The position numbers were made by a program, and so were the translations under genes. The notes below the pieces were generated by a model, which had not been told where the DNA came from, made no database searches, and was given only the letters and a program-made list of their open reading frames with translations. Positions 58,982 through 64,000 of a stretch of DNA of 64,000 nucleotides are shown here, piece after piece. The stretch's first letter is position 1. The number at the start of each line of letters is the position of its first letter. Origin of the DNA: Candidatus Nomurabacteria bacterium (GTDB lineage: Bacteria > Patescibacteriota > Minisyncoccia > Phycocordibacterales > UBA9973); assembly GCA_031425235.1 (NCBI GenBank), contig JANPIZ010000008.1, positions 27,377 through 91,376 on the forward strand, read 5' to 3'.

Positions 58982-59590
58982 ATGAATACATCAATATATT
59001 CCTTTACTGAATTAGATAAACATTCAGACATCCATGTTAAAAGTATTAGTTCTTACTTACAATTCTTAGTAGATGGTGATGGCAAAAGAGCACACTGTCC
59101 TTTTACTAAATCAGTGCTTATGAAAAAAATGTTTTATTATGATATTAGCAAAAGCATTATTTCATATGAAGAATTTTGTTCTGCTTTAAAACAAATGAAA
59201 CTCTTCATTCATAGTATGAATGATAAACTTGCAGTTGTTGGCTTGGTTTATAGCAATAAAGAAAATTATACTTTAGAAACTGCTATTCAAGTCGAAAAGT
59301 ATAGACAGAAGCATAGACTTGAATTAATCAGTAATGGTTTAACAATTGCATGGATTCATCCGGAAAATAAACTTGGTACTCACACAAATAAAAATAAGCC
59401 CCATTTACCTCTCTGGATTAGTGAAGTGCCTATTCTTACGGTGCGAAATTTACATAAAGGAGATAAGTCATTTATGGTAACTCCAGAATCAAAAGAAGCA
59501 TTCGCTTTAGGTATGGAAAAAGTAAAAAATAAATTTAAACCTATTGACTGGGATTTTTTTACTGAATATTGGAAAAATTTCGGTATTTAA
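58982..59590 (+). CDS. Hypothetical protein (202 aa)
   Basis: ORF with strong Shine-Dalgarno AAGGAGGT 7 nt upstream. Confidence 0.5.
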   Translation: MNTSIYSFTELDKHSDIHVKSISSYLQFLVDGDGKRAHCPFTKSVLMKKMFYYDISKSIISYEEFCSALKQMKLFIHSMNDKLAVVGLVYSNKENYTLETAIQVEKYRQKHRLELISNGLTIAWIHPENKLGTHTNKNKPHLPLWISEVPILTVRNLHKGDKSFMVTPESKEAFALGMEKVKNKFKPIDWDFFTEYWKNFGI

Positions 59591-59611
59591 ATTTTAATCT
59601 ACATTACACTA

Positions 59612-59650
59612 ATTGCCAGACTTTCTATGATAGAAGGTCTGGCAATCTTT
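59612..59650 (+). terminator. Hairpin ATTGCCAGAC-N15-GTCTGGCAAT followed by a T-rich tract
   Basis: 10-bp inverted repeat. Confidence 0.6.
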
Positions 59651-59820
59651 ATTTAATTAACTTGCATTTTATTTTAATTAATTTATAATATAGGAGTGAA
59701 CAAAATACAGCAAAAAAGTGTCGCAAATAATGTTTTCTTTTTTAGCTTTACTAAACAATTTAGAAGGCTGATCTTTGCGCTGTAAAATTTTAAAAATCTC
59801 TCAAAATAAACTACATCCCA

Positions 59821-59853
59821 AAAACCAGTCTTCTAAAAAGAGACTGGTTTTTT
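59821..59853. terminator. Hairpin AAAACCAGTCT-N9-AGACTGGTTTTTT (A-run and T-run; could act in either direction)
   Basis: Inverted repeat. Confidence 0.55.
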
Positions 59854-59930
59854 CTTTAAACTATCAGTCTCAAATAGGAGATGTGGGGTAGTTTTTTGAC
59901 AAAATAATAAAAAAGAAAGGAAGTAAAACA

Positions 59931-60134
59931 ATGTTATTGAATAAAAAAGAACTAATTGAAGAGATAAGAGTTGCGCAGGGGGCTGGAAGCACCCTGCCAA
60001 ATAAAATAGAATTGAATGACAAAATAACCACAATGGAATGTGGTTGTGAAAGGAAAAAGAACGAACCAAACTTTTTTCTTTTAGTCAGAGAAAAAAGTTT
60101 AGTTTGTAGCAAGTGCGAAAATAAAATTGTTTAA
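59931..60134 (+). CDS. Small Cys-containing hypothetical protein (67 aa; CGC...CSKC)
   Basis: ORF with a GA-rich ribosome-binding site. Confidence 0.35.
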   Translation: MLLNKKELIEEIRVAQGAGSTLPNKIELNDKITTMECGCERKKNEPNFFLLVREKSLVCSKCENKIV

Positions 60135-60184
60135 TTAATTTTATTTTAGCCGACCCAGCGGAATCTGGGGAATAGGAGATAAAA

Positions 60185-60442
60185 ATGTTAGTGGAACACG
60201 AAGGCACTAGAATTGACGACAAAACACATAAAGTGGAACACGAAATAAGAAGAATAAACTTCAGAATGAGAACTGTTTTATGTTCATGTGGTTTTGAGCA
60301 TATTACAGATGAAGGAAAAGTGATCTTTACAACTTACACTTCTTATTGTTGTCAGTCATCGCACACTTTACGATGGGATAAAAAAAGTAAAAAATTAGTG
60401 GAGGCAGAATGTAGCAGACCTCCACACAGGAATCATATTTGA
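60185..60442 (+). CDS. Small Cys-containing hypothetical protein (85 aa)
   Basis: ORF with GGAG ribosome-binding site; terminator follows. Confidence 0.4.
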   Translation: MLVEHEGTRIDDKTHKVEHEIRRINFRMRTVLCSCGFEHITDEGKVIFTTYTSYCCQSSHTLRWDKKSKKLVEAECSRPPHRNHI

Positions 60443-60447
60443 AACCA

Positions 60448-60486
60448 GGCGAACGCTCTCAATGAGACGTTCGCCAATTTTTTTTG
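60448..60486 (+). terminator. Rho-independent terminator (GGCGAACG-N12-CGTTCGCC followed by T8)
   Basis: Hairpin plus U-tract. Confidence 0.7.
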
Positions 60487-60507
60487 TTTGTGATAAAATA
60501 TTTTTAT

Positions 60508-61893
60508 ATGAAAAATCGTGTATATATCAAAGATTTAAAGGATCATGTGGGCAAGGAGATCGTAATTGCGGGCTGGGTGGATGTCAGGCGTGATCAAGGT
60601 AAAATGGTCTTTTTTGATATGCGAGACATGACTGCCAAGGTTCAGTGTGTTACTTTACCAATACATCCCGAAGCTATCACTGTTGCCAAAGAAATTCGCT
60701 CTGAATGGGTTCTAGAGATTAAAGGTTTAGTTAAAGAACGCAATGACAAAAATGCTGAGCAGGGTGGCGGTGTAGAAATAGAAGTTTTAGGTATTGAAAT
60801 TTTAAATAAAGCTGAAACGTTACCATTTGATATTACGACAGATACAGCTACTATAAATGAAGAAACACGTCTAAAATATCGTCATCTTGATTTGCGTTCA
60901 GAGCGAATGCAGAAAAATATCAGAATACGAAGTGAATTTGTAAAAAGAGTCCGTGAATTTTTATTTTCAAAAATGTTCGTGGAAATAGAAACACCACTAC
61001 TGACCGAGTCTACACCAGAAGGGTCAAGAGATTTCGTGGTACCTTCTCGTCTTAACCCAGGTAAATTTTATGCCTTACCTCAATCGCCACAACAATACAA
61101 ACAACTCCTTATGGTGGGTGGCATGGAGAAATATTTTCAAATAGCACGTGCATTGCGTGATGAAGACTTGCGCGCTGATAGAGGATTTGAACACACTCAA
61201 GTAGATGTCGAAATGTCTTTTGTGGAAATGGAAGACGTTATGAATCTAATAGAAGAAATGATGACTACGGTAGTAGAATCTATGGGTTTTACGATAAAGC
61301 AAAAACCATTTCCAAGAATTACTTATAAAGAATCAATAGAAAAATATGGTGCAGATAAATTTGATATGCGTACCGAAGAAGAAAAAAAAGATCCAAAGAT
61401 TCTAGCATATTCATGGGTGATCAATTTCCCATTTTTTGAAAAGACAGATGAAGGTAAGTGGACTTTTACCCATAACCCTTTTTCAATGCCCATACCTGAG
61501 CATATAGATTGGTTGATGAAAGGTGAAAATATAGAAAATATTTTAACAACTCAATACGACCTGGTCTGCAATGGCTATGAATCAGGAGGAGGTTCTATTC
61601 GTGCTCATAAGCCAGAAATTCTAGAAGCGACATACAAAGTTATGGGTTATACAAAAGAAGAAATAGAAGACCGCGTCGGACACATGCTTGATGCTTTTAA
61701 ATATGGTACACCTCCACATGGAGGTATTGCTCTCGGTGTGGAGCGAAATCTGATGAATCTAACAGGGGAATCATATCTTCGTGAAGTTGTAGCATTTCCT
61801 ATGACTCGGGGTGGTAAAACAGCAGTCATGAACGCCCCGAAGCCACTAGAGGAAAAGCAACTGAAAGAACTTGGACTCAAAATAAATAAATAA
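60508..61893 (+). CDS. aspS: Aspartate--tRNA ligase (compact type without GAD insertion). Start placed at MKNRVYIKDLKDH; the ORF-track ATG at 60484 is also possible.
   Basis: N-terminal OB fold; class II motifs including LPQSPQQYKQLLM and FQIARALRDEDLRADRGFEHTQVD. Confidence 0.85.
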   Translation: MKNRVYIKDLKDHVGKEIVIAGWVDVRRDQGKMVFFDMRDMTAKVQCVTLPIHPEAITVAKEIRSEWVLEIKGLVKERNDKNAEQGGGVEIEVLGIEILNKAETLPFDITTDTATINEETRLKYRHLDLRSERMQKNIRIRSEFVKRVREFLFSKMFVEIETPLLTESTPEGSRDFVVPSRLNPGKFYALPQSPQQYKQLLMVGGMEKYFQIARALRDEDLRADRGFEHTQVDVEMSFVEMEDVMNLIEEMMTTVVESMGFTIKQKPFPRITYKESIEKYGADKFDMRTEEEKKDPKILAYSWVINFPFFEKTDEGKWTFTHNPFSMPIPEHIDWLMKGENIENILTTQYDLVCNGYESGGGSIRAHKPEILEATYKVMGYTKEEIEDRVGHMLDAFKYGTPPHGGIALGVERNLMNLTGESYLREVVAFPMTRGGKTAVMNAPKPLEEKQLKELGLKINK

Positions 61894-61911
61894 TTTGCAA
61901 AGTAAGATAAC

Positions 61912-62238
61912 ATGCAACCCATAATTTCCGGTAAAGTAATACGAGGTGATGCATATGGTAGGAAGCTTGGTTTTCCGACTGTAAATTTGGATACAAAAAT
62001 CTCAGATTTTGTTTCGGGTGTTTATGTAGGTAAAGGTATAATAAATAAAAAGATTTATAGGGCTGGGATCGTTATAAGTGATATAGGGAAAATTGAAGCT
62101 CATTTACTTGGGTACAGAGGAGACGCTTATGGAAAAATTGTAACTTTAGAAATAAAAAAGTTTATAAGAAAATATATAAATTTTGAGACCGAAGAAGAAC
62201 TCATTAATCAAATAAAAAAAGATATTAAATTATGTTAA
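61912..62238 (+). CDS. Riboflavin kinase domain protein (stand-alone RibF kinase module)
   Basis: GKVIRGDAYGRKLGFPTVNL. Confidence 0.7.
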   Translation: MQPIISGKVIRGDAYGRKLGFPTVNLDTKISDFVSGVYVGKGIINKKIYRAGIVISDIGKIEAHLLGYRGDAYGKIVTLEIKKFIRKYINFETEEELINQIKKDIKLC

Positions 62239-63152
62239 AAGAAACACTAGAAAATTATACAGGCCCAGTATTTATAATCATAGCAGCGACATTATGGGCT
62301 TTTGATGGACTTATACGTCAGCATTTATATACACTTCCACCCATAACTATTATTTTCTTTGAACATTTGATTGGTCTTATAATTTTATCTCCATTTGTTT
62401 TAAAATTTGTTTTAAAAACTAAACTCGAAAAGCGTGAATGGGGGCTGATCATTTTAATAGCAATATTAAGCGGACTACTTGGTACTTTGTGGTTTACGAC
62501 AGCGCTTGGTAAAGTTCATTTTATTTCTATCTCTGTGGTTTTTCTATTGCAAAAACTTCAACCAATTTTTGCTATTGGAACAGCGAGAATTTTTCTAAAA
62601 GAAAAATTCTCGCCAGCGTACATAAAATGGGGAATACTTGCTGTAATAGCAGCGTACTTTGTGACATTCCCAAATGGCGTAGTAAACTTAGAAACAGGTG
62701 AGGGCACGGCCATTGCTGCATTGTATGCGCTCGGTGCAGCATTTGCATGGGGAACATCTACTACATTTTCAAAAATGCTTCTCGGTAGAGTTGATTTTAA
62801 AGTGAGCACTTTTTATAGATTTTTATTTACTTTGCTATTTGCCTTACCAGTATTATTTTTGTTTGGTCATTTAAATACGGGCAGTTTAGCAATACCTACA
62901 ACGTCGCAATTTGGATTTTTACTACTCATAGCGATTTCTACAGGGATGGTAGCGCTTCTTATTTATTATAAAGGTCTTGCGAAAACTTCTGTGCACATTT
63001 CTACTATTTTAGAACTCACTTTTCCGTTCATAGCTATTTTCTTAGATATGATGATAAACGGTACGAGACTTTCTATTTCCCAGTGGATAGCTGCATTTGT
63101 TCTTGTATTTAGTATTTACCAAATTGCAAGACTGCGAGAAAATAACCAATAA
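62232..63152 (+). CDS. DMT-superfamily (EamA-like) transporter
   Basis: 306 aa, ~10 transmembrane helices arranged as two EamA-like halves. Confidence 0.6.
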   Translation: MLKETLENYTGPVFIIIAATLWAFDGLIRQHLYTLPPITIIFFEHLIGLIILSPFVLKFVLKTKLEKREWGLIILIAILSGLLGTLWFTTALGKVHFISISVVFLLQKLQPIFAIGTARIFLKEKFSPAYIKWGILAVIAAYFVTFPNGVVNLETGEGTAIAALYALGAAFAWGTSTTFSKMLLGRVDFKVSTFYRFLFTLLFALPVLFLFGHLNTGSLAIPTTSQFGFLLLIAISTGMVALLIYYKGLAKTSVHISTILELTFPFIAIFLDMMINGTRLSISQWIAAFVLVFSIYQIARLRENNQ

Positions 63153-63156
63153 TTTT

Positions 63157-63504
63157 ATGAGCGAAAAAGATCAAAAAAGCCTAACAAAGAAAAAGTGTGT
63201 TCCGTGTGAGAAAAAAGATATGAAACCAATGAGCCGCGAAGATGCACAAGACTATGTGGATGAGTCGTATCACTGGATACTCTCAGAAGATGCAAAGAAG
63301 ATTTCTAAAGAATATAAATTTCAAGATTTCATAGGCGCGATAAATTTTGTTGAGCGTGTTGCTGATGTAGCAGAAGAAGAAGGACATCATCCTGATATTC
63401 ATGTGCATTACAATAAAGTCACTCTCGAACTCTGGACGCACGCTATAGATGGTCTATCAGTAAATGATTTTATCGTAGCTGCGAAAGTAGATGCGATGCA
63501 GTAA
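63157..63504 (+). CDS. Pterin-4-alpha-carbinolamine dehydratase (PCD/DCoH). Start placed at MSEKDQ rather than the upstream overlapping ATG at 63097.
   Basis: EEGHHPDI...ELWTHA...GLSVNDFIVAAKVD signature. Confidence 0.75.
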   Translation: MSEKDQKSLTKKKCVPCEKKDMKPMSREDAQDYVDESYHWILSEDAKKISKEYKFQDFIGAINFVERVADVAEEEGHHPDIHVHYNKVTLELWTHAIDGLSVNDFIVAAKVDAMQ

Positions 63505-63517
63505 ATAAATCTAAAAT

Positions 63518-63552
63518 AAAAAGCTACTTTACCAAGGTAAAGTAGCTTTTGA
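63518..63552 (+). terminator. Rho-independent terminator (AAAGCTACTTTACC-aag-GTAAAGTAGCTTT plus T-run)
   Basis: Hairpin plus U-tract. Confidence 0.7.
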
Positions 63553-63569
63553 GATTTTTTTAAAAAACA

Positions 63570-63845
63570 TTAATGTCCATACTTGGCGGGTCCACAAGTA
63601 ATCCCTACAATCTCTTTTTGTTCCGGTGTTTCAAGCCAACCCGCCCAAATTTCGCCGTCTTCAAAGCGTTTGTAGCAAAACTCTCTTCCTTCTTTTGGTA
63701 AAGAGCCATCTTTAGCCAGTTCGTTTATGTTGGTAAAAACCCACACTTTACATCCATCCGCTAAAGCTTTTTTACAACCTTCCACATTTTCTTTAGAGAT
63801 TGTATCTTCAAATCGATCTAGTTCTTCAGATTTTTTAATTAACAT
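63570..63845 (-). CDS. Hypothetical protein (91 aa)
   Basis: ORF only. Confidence 0.35.
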   Translation of the reverse strand: MLIKKSEELDRFEDTISKENVEGCKKALADGCKVWVFTNINELAKDGSLPKEGREFCYKRFEDGEIWAGWLETPEQKEIVGITCGPAKYGH

Positions 63846-64000
63846 TTTTCTCCTTTTTAAAGAACAATTTTTAGCATTTAATAGGTAGCTAAAATCAAAA
63901 CCACTTCCTAAAGAAACTTAGGAAGGGGTTGGTTTCGAAATAATTTTCAAGATGATTAATGACTCAAAGACAACCCTTTCCTAAGTTTGGAAGAGTTGTG

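Noticed and set aside
1-64000. CRISPR arrays, rRNA genes, obvious restriction-modification or toxin-antitoxin pairs
   Set aside because: No regularly spaced direct repeats. No 16S/23S/5S-like sequence. No recognisable methyltransferase, endonuclease or TA signatures among the ORFs.
63880-64000. Hairpin CTTCCTAA-agaaac-TTAGGAAG and a second cctaag segment near the right edge
   Set aside because: Window ends within the feature; cannot tell whether it is a terminator, UTR structure or repeat.

Overview
AT-rich (~30-35% GC), gene-dense bacterial chromosome segment with the small-protein, reduced-genome look of a Candidate Phyla Radiation / Patescibacteria organism: short IF-2, AlaRS without the C-terminal domain, many low-complexity hypothetical proteins. 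Core housekeeping content: a four-tRNA cluster next to a truncated DDE transposase, rbfA-infB, cysteine desulfurase, clpB, typA, mltG, mnmA, alaS, an infA-rpmJ-rpsM-rpsK-rpsD-rpoA-rplQ-rplM-rpsI ribosomal block, cysS, recR, dnaB, trpS, aspS. The standout is the Hsp70 locus. grpE, dnaK and dnaJ are ~17 kb apart instead of adjacent. Between them sit five paralogs of a ~550-600 aa cysteine-rich protein family with zinc-ribbon motifs and an invariant C-terminus, two paralogous HerA/DUF87-TraD-like P-loop ATPases, and two winged-helix regulators. Gene spacing is tight, with overlaps that suggest translational coupling. I cannot assign the Cys-rich family to any family I recognise, so this is my candidate for an undescribed system. 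Other notable items: a 40-nt GC-rich repeat in three copies that is in-frame inside recR and forms the C-terminus of cysS (RPE-like behaviour); two ~90-nt in-frame paralogous inserts inside mnmA; E. coli trp-operator-like ACTAGT palindromes around a TrpR/YerC-like gene next to trpS; a duplicated tRNA-Leu 3' end; a tandemly duplicated two-gene cassette; and two promoters whose -10 box abuts the start codon. No CRISPR array and no rRNA in the window.
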